Shown: positions 11,624 to 24,890 of the stretch, piece by piece | Layout: each line of letters starts with the position of its first letter | How positions within the stretch are numbered: the first letter of the stretch is position 1 | Assembly: GCA_002269645.1 (NCBI GenBank) | Contig: NIVC01000381.1 | Coordinates: 216,023 to 280,022 of the forward strand | Length of the DNA stretch: 64,000 nt | Direction of reading: 5' to 3' | From: Macrostomum lignano | Lineage: Eukaryota | Notes under the pieces: model-generated | What the model saw: only the letters and a program-made list of their open reading frames with translations | Database searches by the model: none | Told to the model about the DNA's origin: nothing | Translations under genes and position numbers: made by a program

Positions 11624-13665
11624 TCAGCACGTCGAGGATGAAGCGTGCAGCAGCCGCACAGCCACTCTTCCCTGCTCTCTGTCTGAGTTGCCGCCAGTGA
11701 CGGTGATGCAACCACCGCCGCCGATGCAGGCGGAGCCGCCGCCTCCGGCAGCGTGGCCGTCTCCGAGACCACCGCCGCCTCCGCTGAAGCCGCCGCCGGC
11801 GCCTGGGGCTGCGGCTTTGCCTCCAGGGTTGCCGCCTCCGCCGCCGCCGCCGCCGAATCCGCCGTCGCCGCCGCCTCCGTCGCCGCCGCCTCCGTCGCCG
11901 CCGCTGCCGCCGATCCAGCCGTCGGCCGCGCTGCCGCCTCGCTCTCCGTCGGTGCTGCCTCGTCTCGGGTTGACGGCCTTGCCGAGCCAGCCGGCACCGC
12001 AGCCGCCGTGAGTGTAGCCGGACCCAGTGCGGCTCGGAGTGTTGGAGCCCGGAGCCCCGTTGGTTCCACCAAAGCCGTTGAAGCCGGAGTACGAGCCAAT
12101 CGTGTCCGAACCGTTGCGTCCGGCCTCACCAGGCAGTCTTGTTGTTTGGATCGTTTAATTGGTTTGAGTACCATCTCTGTTGTAATGTTGCAGTGCTTCT
12201 TACTGCTTAAAAACTTGACTAGTCCTTGATCCTGGCTGGTTTCATGTGTTGCTAGAACTTCTATCATGGTTCTATCTTTCAATAAAGTCAATAGGATAAA
12301 CTATACATTGATACCCCAAACCAAGTGTGCCTAAACGAGAGTTGGAAAACCTGGCGTCATTTGCAGTGCAAGTTAGCTGAAGTCAATCGCTCCACCAATG
12401 CTGGTTTTTAATTTTGCTCAGTTGTTTGTCCTACACAGCAATGCTTCTTAAATTCTTAGATTTATCGTTCAAATGTATCACCAGGAGCAATACAAAATTT
12501 CCAACTACACTTAACGGGAAGTGAGCTTCTCTTTTTACCACAACATGGTACTTTGGGCCTCACTCAGCATATGTACTATACACGGGTGAGCATATATTTT
12601 CAACTCACTATAAGAAGTATATTCACACAAAAATGTGGCGTCTTAGTGGTATCGCTGAAACCTCGACTGCTTTGAGAACCTGTCAGATGCAAAGCACACG
12701 TCGCTGACCCACTGAAGACATCCCGGCTTGCACGAAAGCGAGTTTGTCTGTGGCAAAAACACCATTTCGGGAAACTCCTCACCGTTTCTACCCGTGGCGC
12801 CACCGCCGCCGCCGCCCGCAGCCAGCAGCAGCCGAGTCTCCGATCCGTCGCTTGTCCACACGAAGCTGCCGCCGCCTCCGCCAGGCGCAGCGCCGTTCAC
12901 CGATTCGTCGCTGCCCGCCTGTCCAACTGCGATGTCCAGTCGGGTTCCGGCCGTCAGGCTGAAGTTGGCAGCCGCGGTGGCTCCGTGGCCTCCGACGGTG
13001 CCTTTGGACAGCTTGCCGCCGCCTCTGGCTCCGGCGGCCTCGATGCGGTAGCAGCCGGTGACGCCGATCTGCAGGTGCTGGACGGACCCGCTGCTGCCCG
13101 TGGACGAGTCTGCAATTATAACAACGCGTAGAAAACAGACCTTCTGATCTCAGCTGCATCCAATTGATTATATTTGGAATATGCCAGCAAAATATAAGGA
13201 TACTGATATCTGCACTGGCAGCTGCTACTCACTCTTGAACACGACATCGAGCCTGTAGGCCCTCTCCCGGATCAGCTGCTCGAGGTTGTCCACCGTCCAC
13301 ACGGAGTCGCCCGCCTCGGAACCCAGAACTCGCGTCACGTGACTCGCCGTCGGTCCCGGAGACTGCGACGCATCGTTGATGAAGACGAGTTGGCAGGTGG
13401 AGGCGCCATTGGGAACAACCGCCACAGCACAGCCTCTCATTCGGCACCTGAGCAGACAGTCTGGCACGGAAGCCACGTTGGTTTCGGTAATGACGTCACT
13501 GCTCACGGTCGGGTCGAGCGAGACGGGGAGGACCGAGCGGACGAGTCTCAGAGGCTTGCAGCTGGGTGCAGCTGTCTGCGGCGTCTGCGATGCAGCAACT
13601 GCAGCGAGGCAGCAGAGCAGATAGAGCTCCGTCAGCACTGAGAGGCCATCATTGAAGCCAAACAT
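11624..13665 (-). CDS. Secreted PAN/apple + ALK/LTK-type glycine-rich domain protein, copy 2 (intron-2 acceptor mutated)
   Basis: Exons 13233-13665, 12783-13109, 11624-12138 (424 aa if spliced like copy 3). Signal peptide; PAN-like motif SVPDCLLRCRMRGC...TCQL; exon 2 QHLQIGVTGCYRIEAAGARGG...NFSLTAGTRLDIAVGQAG...GGGGGSFVW...LLLAAGGGGG matches the ALK/LTK glycine-rich region; exon 3 is poly-Gly. The acceptor is CAA|G instead of CAG|G (12139). Confidence 0.75.
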
Positions 13666-14399
13666 TTTTCCGGCTGGTAGAGAAGCGACTCAGAGTCAAA
13701 GTCTACTGTATCGGAAAATTTTTAATTGAGAGAGAACGACGGGGGACGGTGGGGAGCTGAGTTTATAGCTTGGATAATAAAGAATGAGGTATGCGTGGGC
13801 CGCTTGATCATTATCTCTATCTACTGTCAGCTGAGGTCCGCTAATTAGCTGCATGCAAAAATTATGCAGCCAACGATGCGTATTTGCCATTTGCATCAGA
13901 AATGTTGTGTGTGGCTTTTTAATGAAGCTAACAGCAGCGCACCAGGAATGCTAAAACAAAAATGCTATTTCTCTTACGATGATGGGGTTGAAGTCTTTGC
14001 ATTGAGTTGATTGGGCATAAAGTTTTGCAATACTGCTTTTAGTTTGCTGCCCAGTAGGACAATCGAATGCACACTTTATTTTCTGGCGTTTAACAGTTGC
14101 TATTCCTGTAAGACTGTCAAAAAAACCTACTGCAGATAGACTAAAGCATGCCCGTGCGTATGACTCAAGGACTGCTCAAGTAGAATGACGGGAAACTGCG
14201 ATTCAAAAGATGAACATTGGCTCTGCCTCCTATCGAAAGCAATAACAATTTCAATATGAAAAAAGTGAAAACTTCCCATCTCCGTAGGGTATTTTTCGGC
14301 GAAAACCGGCTTCCTTATGTTTCTCCAAGAAACGTCTTTTTTTCTTGAGAATTCCTTGGTATGACTGCGTACGTACCCGCGCGCGTGTGCTGCTCAGGG

Positions 14400-14500
14400 G
14401 AGGCGGCGGTATGGGCAGGGCAGCAATGCCTCTCGGCGGTTGTGAGACAATGTCGCTTGATGTGCGCCAGGGTGCACACAGACCCCTGCCTCTAATGCCT
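14400..14500 (+). mobile_element. Short dispersed-repeat fragment sharing its 3' end with the SINE-like insert at 59330-59590
   Basis: gagacaatgtcgcttgatgtgcgccagggtgcacacagacccctgcctctaa vs gtgacaatgtcgcttaaagtgcgccagggtgcacacagtccgctgtctctaa. Confidence 0.5.
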
Positions 14501-14596
14501 TCAATAAAAAAACTAAAGTACTAATAATCTTTTAAAATAAACAGGCGCAAAAGGCAAATACTTGATCAATTTTCTTGATAAATATTGGCCGCCTTC

Positions 14597-14770
14597 TGTT
14601 TGTTTGCCGGTAGCCTTTTGGTTGTTTGTCGGTTGCCTTTTGGTTGTTTGCCGGTAGCCTTTTGGTTGTTTGTCGGTTGCCTTTTGGTTGTTTGTCGGTT
14701 GCCTTTTGGTTGTTTGTCGGTTGCCTTTTGGTTGTTTGTCGGTTGCCTTTTGGTTGTTTGTCGGCTGTTT
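14597..14770. repeat. 22-bp minisatellite (gccttttggttgtttgtcggtt)
   Basis: About 8 units read directly. Confidence 0.9.
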
Positions 14771-15444
14771 ATCAGTTTTTTATGAATGGGCATCCGTGAG
14801 ACCATTGATTACCATATGAGACGTAATTACCTGTTCTTAAAAACCTAAATTACTCAATTACTCATTCACTAAAATAGATCAATAATCTTGCTCTGATGCA
14901 AAACACCGAACTACGAGCTGTGTAAATTTCGCAGTGCTACAGAGTCACAATCAATTGTGCCAGCTACTAAATCTAAAAGACTTGTACTTTATTACACACG
15001 CTCACTCAGGGTCAGGCATGTACAACTCTGTGGCCCTGGGGTTGCCACTCATAACTGGCCAATTTTCGTGCACAGAGAAGCCCCAACTGAGTGTCACCGC
15101 TCCAATCGAACCAGGGGTCTCGCTGGTTACAGTTAAGCCGCTCCGCTCGATAAAGAATCAACCAGGATTATTGTGAAAATAATGACCAAGGTCCGTAGGG
15201 CCAATAAAGTCAGGGTTCCTTTGATATTGAATGTTCATCCAATTAAAAATTGAATTAAAGCGTTTTCAAAGATTCTGCAACTGCTGTTGACAGGCGCACC
15301 TCAAGAGGCTCCGTGGCCTTCAACAGAATTTTAAAAGAAAAAAGATCCATTTATGTCAGTAACATTGACACTTTCAAATTAGCAACGAACTCTTCAAGTT
15401 TAATTAATTCTGCACGGGGCTGTCAGTAACCGGTTATTCGAAGA

Positions 15445-17464
15445 TCAGCACCCATCGGGAGGAGCAAGCAGCCGCACAGCCACTCTTCCCTGCTTGTCTG
15501 AGTTGCCGCCAGTGACAGTGATGCAACCACCGCCGCCGATGCAGGCGGAGCCGCCGCCTCCTCCAGCGTGGCCGAATCCGAGACCACCGCCGCCTCCGCT
15601 GAAGCCGCCGCCGGCGCCTGGGGCTGCGGCTTTGCCTCCAGGGTTGCCGCCTCCGCCGCCGCCGCCGCCGAATCCGCCGTCGCCGCCGCCTCCGTCGCCG
15701 CCGCTGCCGCCGATCCAGCCGTCGGCCGCGCTGCCGCCTCGCTCTCCGTCGGTGTTGCCTCGTCTCGGGTTGACGGCCTTGCCGAGCCAGCCGGCACCGC
15801 AGCCGCCGTGGGTGTACCTGGACCCAGTGCGGCTCGGAGTGTTGGAGCCCGGAGCCCCGTTGGTTCCACCAAAGCCGGTGAAGCCGAAGTACGAGCCAAT
15901 CGTGTCCGAACCGTTGCGTCCGGCCTCACCAGGCAGTCCTGTTGTTTGGATCGTTTAATTGGTTTGAGTACCATCTCTGTTGTAATGTTGCAGTGCTTCT
16001 TACTGCTTAAAAACTTGACTAGTCCTTGATCCTGGCTGGTTTCATGTGTTGCTAGAACTTCTATCATGGTTCTATCTTTCAATAAAGTCAATAGGATAAA
16101 CTATACATTGATACCCCAAACCAAGTGTGCCTAAACGAGAGTTGGAAAACCTGGCGTCATTTGCAGTGCAAGTTAGCTGAAGTCAATCGCTCCACCAATG
16201 CTGGTTTTTAATTTTGCTCAGTTGTTTGTCCTACACAGCAATGCTTCTTAAATTCTTAGATTTATCGTTCAAATGTATCACCAGGAGCAATACAAAATTT
16301 CCAACTACACTTAACGGGAAGTGAGCTTCTCTTTTTACCACAACATGGTACTTTGGGCCTCACTCAGCATATGTACTATACACGGGTGAGCATTTATTTT
16401 CAACTCACTATAAGAATTATATTCATACAAAAATGTGGCGTCTTAGTGGTATCGCTGAAACCTCGACTGCTTTGAGAACCTGTCAGATGTAAAGCACACG
16501 TCGCTGACCCACTGAAGACATCCCGGCTGGACGAAAGCGAGTTTGTCTGTGGCAAAAGCACAATTTCGGGAAGCTCCTCACCGTTTCTACCCGTGGCGCC
16601 ACCGCCGCCGCCGCCCGCAGCCAGCAGCAGCCGAGTCTCCGACCCGTCGCTTGTCCACACGAAGCTGCCGCCGCCTCCGCCAGGCGCAGCGCCGTTCACC
16701 GATTCGTCGCTGCCCGCCTGTCCAACTGCGATGTCCAGTCGGGTTCCGGCCGTCAGGCTGAAGTTGGCAGCCGCGGTGGCTCCGTGGCCTCCGACGGTGC
16801 CTTTGGACAGCTTGCCGCCGCCTCTGGCTCCGGCGGCCTCGATGCGGTAGCAGCCGGTGACGCCGATCTGCAGGTGCTGGACGGACCCGCTGCTGCCCGT
16901 GGACGAGTCTGCAATTATAACAACGCGTAGAAAACAGACCTTCTGATCCCAGCTGCATCCAATTGATTATATTTGGAATATGCCAGCAAAATATAAGGAT
17001 ACTGATATCTGCACTGGCAGCTGCTACTCACTCTTGAACACGACATCGAGCCTGTAGGCCCTCTCCCGGATCAGCTGCTCGAGGTTGTCCACCGTCCACA
17101 CGGAGTCGCCCGCCTCGGAACCCAGAACTCGCGTCACGTGACTCGCCGTCGGTCCCGGAGACTGCGACGCATCGTTGATGAAGACGAGTTGGCAGGTGGA
17201 GGCGCCATTGGGAACAACCGCCACAGCGCAGGCTCTCATTCGGCACCTGAGCAGACAGTCGGGCACCGAAGCCACGTTGGTTTCGGTAATGACGTCACTG
17301 CTCACGGTCGGGTCGAGCGAGACGGGCAGGGCCGAGCGGACGAGTTTCAGAGGCTTGCAGCTGGGTGCAGCTGTCTGCGGCGTCTGCGATGCAGCAACTG
17401 CAGCGAGGCAGCAGAGCAGACAGAGTCTCAGCCACAGTGCGAGGCCGTCTTTGAACGGCAGCAT
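15445..17464 (-). CDS. Secreted PAN/apple + ALK/LTK-type glycine-rich domain protein, copy 3 (intact, 417 aa)
   Basis: Exons 17032-17464 (ATG at 17464, MLPFKDGLALWLRLCLLCCLAAVAASQ signal peptide), 16582-16908, 15445-15938. Canonical GT-AG, phases 1/1, total 1254 nt = 418 codons with no internal stop. Ends GRVAVRLLAPPDGC* with no TM segment. Confidence 0.85.
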
Positions 17465-17841
17465 AGCTAGTCTTGATGAATGGAGATGATGCTTCAAAAA
17501 ATATTTGCATTAGAACAAAAGGAAAATTCACAGCAGTTGCAGTATTTATTATTGAACGGAAGGCAATTACTTTCATTGCATTGCCGTGGCAAACACATGT
17601 TGGGAAATTAAACAAAATTAAGAATTCAATACTTGTAAATTCACTTCAGCTAGAGCCTGCATTAGGCGTACTGACGAAAGTGAAGCCTAATTAGGAAAGA
17701 CGGATCTCTAGTGCTAATGAGGAAACACAAGGCCGTAAGTGTCCAATTACATCTGCTTTTGTGGGTGTATGACATCTGTGGAATATTACACACGGGGTGG
17801 GCAACTGCTTATGGAGGTTTTTCTGCACCAAAAAAGCCAAA

Positions 17842-18740
<899 letters not shown>

Positions 18741-19575
18741 CTCGAGCATCTCAAAATAAACCAGAAATTAAGTTTGCATGTTCTGCAGATTTTATTACTA
18801 CCCGTTTTTGTATTTCAATGATTAGCTCGTGCATGTACGAATATTTTAGAATTTTTGGTTGTTTGAAAATACTTTTATATTATGTATCTCAGTGACTGTA
18901 CAGTAATAGATATGTACTCATAAATGTTAAGAAGAGTGACACGTAAACATAAGTTTACAATAACATGTTCACTTGATGCATTTCATGTAAGTGGCATCGT
19001 CACAACCACAGCGTGATGCAATCTGAATAAAAACACTGTTTCACAAGGTAGTGAGGGAATTGAGAGAAGCTGTAAGATAGGCGAATGGGGAGGCGAGGAA
19101 AAAAAGAAAAAAAGAGGAGAGACGAATGACAGCAGAGAGGAAAAAAGATCTCAGGTCCCTCAGATCTCAGATGCAAAGATCTGAGGGAGGATCAAGAGAG
19201 CTGATAGACGAGAGAAGATAAGAGAGAGGGGCAGATTCGAGTCTATTTAAGCTTTTGAGCTTTTCTTTGCGAATTACTACTACTCACTCTCAGTACAACA
19301 CTCAGCAAATCTTAGTTTATTTTAAGTTCTCCGTAGGAGGCTACATTTCTGCATTTCGGCATTCTGAGAGACGGCATCAACTAGACCGCTCAGTCACGAC
19401 CACAGCTAGCTATACCCTCCCTCCTGAGCCTGAGGAACTCAGCAGACGGAGTCCCCTTTATTTTGCACCCTGCGTCTCGTTCGAGTTTGTTTGAATCGCA
19501 AAGACCAGCACCGATTTGAACAAGGAGAAGTCTGAATATCTTGAACTTGAAGTCAACATGCAATGCATGCAATCC

Positions 19576-22500
19576 ATGCAGGGATTCCCCGAGCGATATT
19601 CAAGATCGATATTCGGAAATAACAAAAATCTTTGCTTTTAAAGCACCAACCGCTATGATTTTTTACAGAAAAAACATCACTCACAAGATAAACCGACTTG
19701 AAAAAAATTACGGCTACAGATAGAAAGGATTTTTTACAATTTGCAAAAAACTGATGTTCCTATCTCCACAATGCATTAGATTGATATTCGATTTCGAGTA
19801 CTTCTGCTTGCTCTCTGTCGCTGAAAATTGACATGCAGGACTTCACCCAGACACTAAGCGATTATCATAACTCAAACCGAACTCAAAGCTTCATGCTCGA
19901 GAACTATTCGAGAAAAACTGATGTTCCTATCTCCACAATGCATTAGATTGATATTCGATTTCGAGTACTTCTGCTTGCTCTCTGTCGCTGAAAATTGACA
20001 TGCAGGACTTCACCCAGACACTAAGCGATTATCATAACTCAAACCGAACTCAAAGCTTCATGCTCGAGAACTATTCGAGAAAAACTGATGTTCCTATCTC
20101 CACAATGCATTAGATTGATATTCGATTTCGAGTACTTCTGCTTGCTCTCTGTCGCTGAAAATTGACATGCAGGACTTCACCCAGACACTAAGCGATTATC
20201 ATAACTCAAACCGAACTCAAAGCTTCATGCTCGAGAACTATTCGAGAAAAACTGATGTTCCTATCTCCACAATGCATTAGATTGATATTCGATTTCGAGT
20301 ACTTCTGCTTGCTCTCTGTCGCTGAAAATTGACATGCAGGACTTCACCCAGACACTAAGCGATTATCATAACTCAAACCGAACTCAAAGCTTCTTGCTCG
20401 AGAACTATTCGAGAAAAACTGATGTTCCTATCTCCACAATGCATTAGATTGATATTCGATTTCGAGTACTTCTGCTTGCTCTCTGTCGCTGAAAATTGAC
20501 ATGCAGGACTTCACCCAGACACTAAGCGATTATCATAACTCAAAGCTTCATGCTCGAGAACTATTCGAGAAAAACTGATGTTCCTATCTCCACAATAATA
20601 TGTGAATATGTCAACAGCACAGGCAATAAATCCTTTTCTAAACTTCTGAACTTCGAGGACGAAGAACAAGCTCAGGGAACTACGCTGGATCGAGATGAAA
20701 TATTCAATGATGCGGATGAGAGAAGTCAGCGTCGCACAAAGCAGAAAAATCGAACACAAGGGAGGTCAGGCAGTCCAGCTGATCCAATCGTAGCTCAACT
20801 TAAGCATCCTGTCGGGTTTTCTATTTTGGAGTCGCAGAGAAAAAGTTTAGAAGGGAGCAACTGGATAGATTATCATGTAAGTTCTTACATGTTTTCTTAC
20901 AGGTTCCCATGTTTACTGGAAGCCATTTTTACCTGGTAGCGATTAACGTATCAGCTAGAAATGTTTACCTCTTCGACTCCTCTACCAGTAATATCCGCCA
21001 GCAGAATGTGTTGCCCAGAATTGTAGAAAACTGGAAGTAAGAAGCCTTTCCTTTCAACCTTTGACTTCAGATAAGACAATTATGAATGTAAGAATACACA
21101 TCCATGTAAGCTTTTCCGAACACCAATTGTAGTGTTTTCTACGTCTGGCACCAAAAGAAATCTACGAGTATTTTTCACTCAAAGAAAATACTACTTTTCG
21201 CAGTGGCAGCGCTCCACACTAAGCAAGACGATTGTTTTCGATTCTAAGCAAGCAGAAGTACTCGAAATCGAATATCAATCTAATACATTGTGGAGATAGG
21301 AACATCAGTTTTTCTCGAATAGTTCTCGAGCATGAAGCTTTGAGTTCGGTTTGAGTTATGATAATCGCTTAGTGTCTGGGTGAAGTCCTGCATGTCAATT
21401 TTCAGCGACAGAGAGCAAGCAGAAGTACTCGAAATCGAATATCAATCTAATGCATTGTGGAGATAGGAACATCAGTTTTTCTCGAATAGTTCTCGAGCAT
21501 GAAGCTTTGAGTTCGGTTTGAGTTATGATAATCGCTTAGTGTCTGGGTGAAGTCCTGCATGTCAATTTTCAGCGACAGAGAGCAAGCAGAAGTACTCGAA
21601 ATCGAATATCAATCTAATGCATTGTGGAGATAGGAACATCAGTTTTTCTCGAATAGTTCTCGAGCATGAAGCTTTGAGTTCGGTTTGAGTTATGATAATC
21701 GCTTAGTGTCTGGGTGAAGTCCTGCATGTCAATTTTCAGCGACAGAGAGCAAGCAGAAGTACTCGAAATCGAATATCAATCTAATGCATTGTGGAGATAG
21801 GAACATCAGTTTTTCTCGAATAGTTCTCGAGCATGAAGCTTTGAGTTCGGTTTGAGTTATGATAATCGCTTAGTGTCTGGGTGAAGTCCTGCATGTCAAT
21901 TTTCAGCGACAGAGAGCAAGCAGAAGTACTCGAAATCGAATATCAATCTAATGCATTGTGGAGATAGGAACATCAGTTTTTCTCGAATAGTTCTCGAGCA
22001 TGAAGCTTTGAGTTCGGTTTGAGTTATGATAATCGCTTAGTGTCTGGGTGAAGTCCTGCATGTCAATTTTCAGCGACAGAGAGCAAGCAGAAGTACTCGA
22101 AATCGAATATCAATCTAATGCATTGTGGAGATAGGAACATCAGTTTTTCTCGAATAGTTCTCGAGCAAGAAGCTTTGAGTTCGGTTTGAGTTATGATAAT
22201 CGCTTAGTGTCTGGGTGAAGTCCTGCATGTCAATTTTCAGCGACAGAGAGCAAGCAGAAGTACTCGAAATCGAATATCAATCTAATGCATTGTGGAGATA
22301 GGAACATCAGTTTTTCTCGAATAGTTCTCGAGCATGAAGCTTTGAGTTCGGTTTGAGTTATGATAATCGCTTAGTGTCTGGGTGAAGTCCTGCATGTCAA
22401 TTTTCAGCGACAGAGAGCAAGCAGAAGTACTCGAAATCGAATATCAATCTAATGCATTGTGGAGATAGGAACATCAGTTTTTCTCGAATAGTTCTCGAGC

Positions 22501-22818
22501 AAGAAGCTTTGAGTTCGGTTTGAGTTATGATAATCGCTTAGTGTCTGGGTGAAGTCCTGCATGTCAATTTTCAGCGACAGAGAGCAAGCAGAAGTACTCG
22601 AAATCGAATATCAATCTAATGCATTGTGGAGATAGGAACATCAGTTTTTGCAAATTGTAAAAATTCCTTTCTATCTGTAGCCGTAATTTTTTTCAAGTCG
22701 GTTTATCTCGTGGGTGATGTTTTTTCTGTAAAAAATCATAGCGTTTGGTGCTTTAAAAGCAAAGATTTTTGTTATTTCCGAATATCGATCTTGAATATCG
22801 CTCGGGGAATCCCTGCAT
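19576..22818. mobile_element. Foldback / Mutator-like (MULE) non-autonomous DNA transposon, 3243 bp
   Basis: Termini atgcagggattccccgagcg (19576) and cgctcggggaatccctgcat (22818) are inverted. 9-bp TSD atgcaatcc at 19567-19575 and 22819-22827. Each arm is a ~175-bp unique end plus 167-bp tandem units (5 full + partial on the left, to ~20594; 8 full + partial in inverse orientation on the right, from ~21247). Confidence 0.93.
20600..21230 (+). pseudogene. Degenerate Ulp1/SENP-like (peptidase C48) fragment in the core of the foldback element
   Basis: ...WIDYH|gtaag..tacag|VPMFTGSHFYLVAINVSARNVYLFDSSTS (exon 20903-21036) resembles the Ulp1 P-x4-5-H-W/F...Y-x-D-S motif. The downstream NTNCSVF resembles the catalytic DCGVF but is out of frame. 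Confidence 0.55.
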
Positions 22819-24382
22819 ATGCAATCCCTCGTCCTCAATAGGATACCATATTTGGTATGGTAATATGATAGGTATTATTTGCCAATTTAAATGATGTGTA
22901 AGCGTTATTGACATGTTCGTAGGCCTATTACTATTAGACGCCAGATAGCTAGCCCTGGCCGAGGAAAATAGACTTATTTGTGACTCTTAAATTTTCATTA
23001 GAATCAGGCTTTTTAGTCAGACCTATGCAATAAATCAAATCAAACCACAAACAAATATTTCAAATATAGCTTTCAGTAAGTAGTAGTAGTAGCAAAGGGC
23101 CTATTCTCCACAAGGCTAATAAGGGATAGACATGCATAAGCCACAATCCAGGTCTTTATTATATCAATTGTGGATCATTTTTGTTTAGGCCTAGAATAGG
23201 CCTACATTCTACAATCCTACTAATCTATACTATATTCATCAAATTAGGTTCCCAGCCCTAATGCAATGGTCTAGTTTTCTATATGAAATAGGCCTAGAAA
23301 GTTAGTCTATGTTTATTTGTTCAATGATTTATTTAATATTTAACCAATTATTATGCCTATTGCCTAGGCCTATTGCCTAATATATCATTTTTAGCTTTTA
23401 TATCCTTGTATCTACTGATAAAAATAAATTTAATATAGCCAAATACTTCTAAAAATGCTTCAGAAGTCAGTCTTAAATCTAAAATGCATTAAGTATAAAA
23501 GCAAACATAGAAAAAACATTTAAATATAATTTTTTATTAGGCATTAAGGGCCTAGCCATTAGGCCTAGGCCTTAAGCCTACTACTACTAGTAGTAATGGC
23601 AATGCTTCTAAATATTTTATTATCTTTTTGAAAACAATATTTTGACATAGATATTAAAAAAGTTGTTTCTTGACTAGGTCTAAGGTCTACTCTAAGTAAC
23701 TAAGGCAACAAAGCTTTTGTAAAAGAAACTTTTAAGTTCCTATAGTTGGGGACTAAAGCAATAGACTTTTTGCTTTATATATACATTGCATAAATAATAT
23801 GGTAAGGGCTATAGTTTAGGATAAAACTTTCATTTTCAATATTAAAAGAGTTTTAATCTACTCTTAAGTCTTTCAAGTTAGAGTTTTAAGCATTAAAGAT
23901 TTCCAATACCATATGCACATTGTATGGTTGGGGTAATTAGGGGCTAAGATAAGATAAATGAAGTCTTACTCTTAATTAAAGGTTGGAGAGAATTTAAAAA
24001 AAAATTTTAGGACTTGAAATCTATACTTTTAAGATAATTGAGTTTTAATCAAGATTTGATATTAAACCTAGGCATAATTAGCATCTAATAGGCATATTTA
24101 CACCATTCTATTTATCAATGCTAATATTTTTCTTTAGTAAGTATATACAATCATCATAATAGAATGAGAAATAGTTATTATCGTAGTCACCAATAGATTT
24201 TACATTATAGTTAAATCTTGACTTTTTTCTATATCTTGAAACCAAGATCAAGATTAAGATTTTGAGATCTTGTCTAACCTCTAATCTTAGCCATTTTTGT
24301 ATAATTAAAAGATAAGAACTTTAATGAAGAATATTACTATTGCTCTTTATTTTATCAATATATTATAGAGAAGGATTAATAA

Positions 24383-24890
24383 TTGTGGCTCATAGGAGAA
24401 TTGCTAAGAAGTCAAGGTTTATATGGGGGAATTGCTGAGGTGTCGTGGCTCATAGGAGAATTGCTAAGAAGTCAAGGTTCATATGGGGGAATTGCTGAGG
24501 TGTCGTGGCTCATAGGAGAATCGCTAAGAAGTCAGGTTTATATGGGGGAATTGCTGAGGTGTCGTGGCTCATAGGAGAATCGCTAAGAAGCCAGGTTTAT
24601 ATGGGGGAATTGCTGAGGTGTCGTGGCTCATAGGAGAATTGCTAAGAAGTCAAGGTTCATATGGGGGAATTGCTGAGGTGTCGTGGCTCATAGGAGAATC
24701 GCTAAGAAGCCAGGTTTATATGGGGGAATTGCTGAGGTGTCGTGGCTCATAGGAGAATTGCTAAGAAGTCAAGGTTCATATGGGGGAATTGCTGAGGTGT
24801 CGTGGCTCATAGGAGAATTGCTAAGAAGTCAAGGTTCATATGGGGGAATTGCTGAGGTGTCATGGCTCATAGGAGAATCGCTAAGAAGCC
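24383..24890. repeat. 59/60-bp minisatellite just upstream of the nuclear receptor ATG
   Basis: Unit tgtcgtggctcataggagaattgctaagaagtcaaggttcatatgggggaattgctgagg, about 8.5 copies. Confidence 0.93.

Noticed and set aside
8766-15958. Poly-proline ORFs on the + strand (8766-9155, 11688-12011, 15494-15958) resembling formin or extensin
   Set aside because: They are antisense shadows of the poly-Gly exon 3. Splice sites, signal peptide and domain order all support the minus strand.
19746-22650. 167-bp repeats (and the 60-bp array at 24383-24890) as a CRISPR array or hammerhead-ribozyme tandem
   Set aside because: There are no unique spacers and the context is eukaryotic. CTGATG is followed by TT, not the hammerhead CTGATGA...GAAA core. 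The TIR/TSD structure explains the 167-bp arrays.
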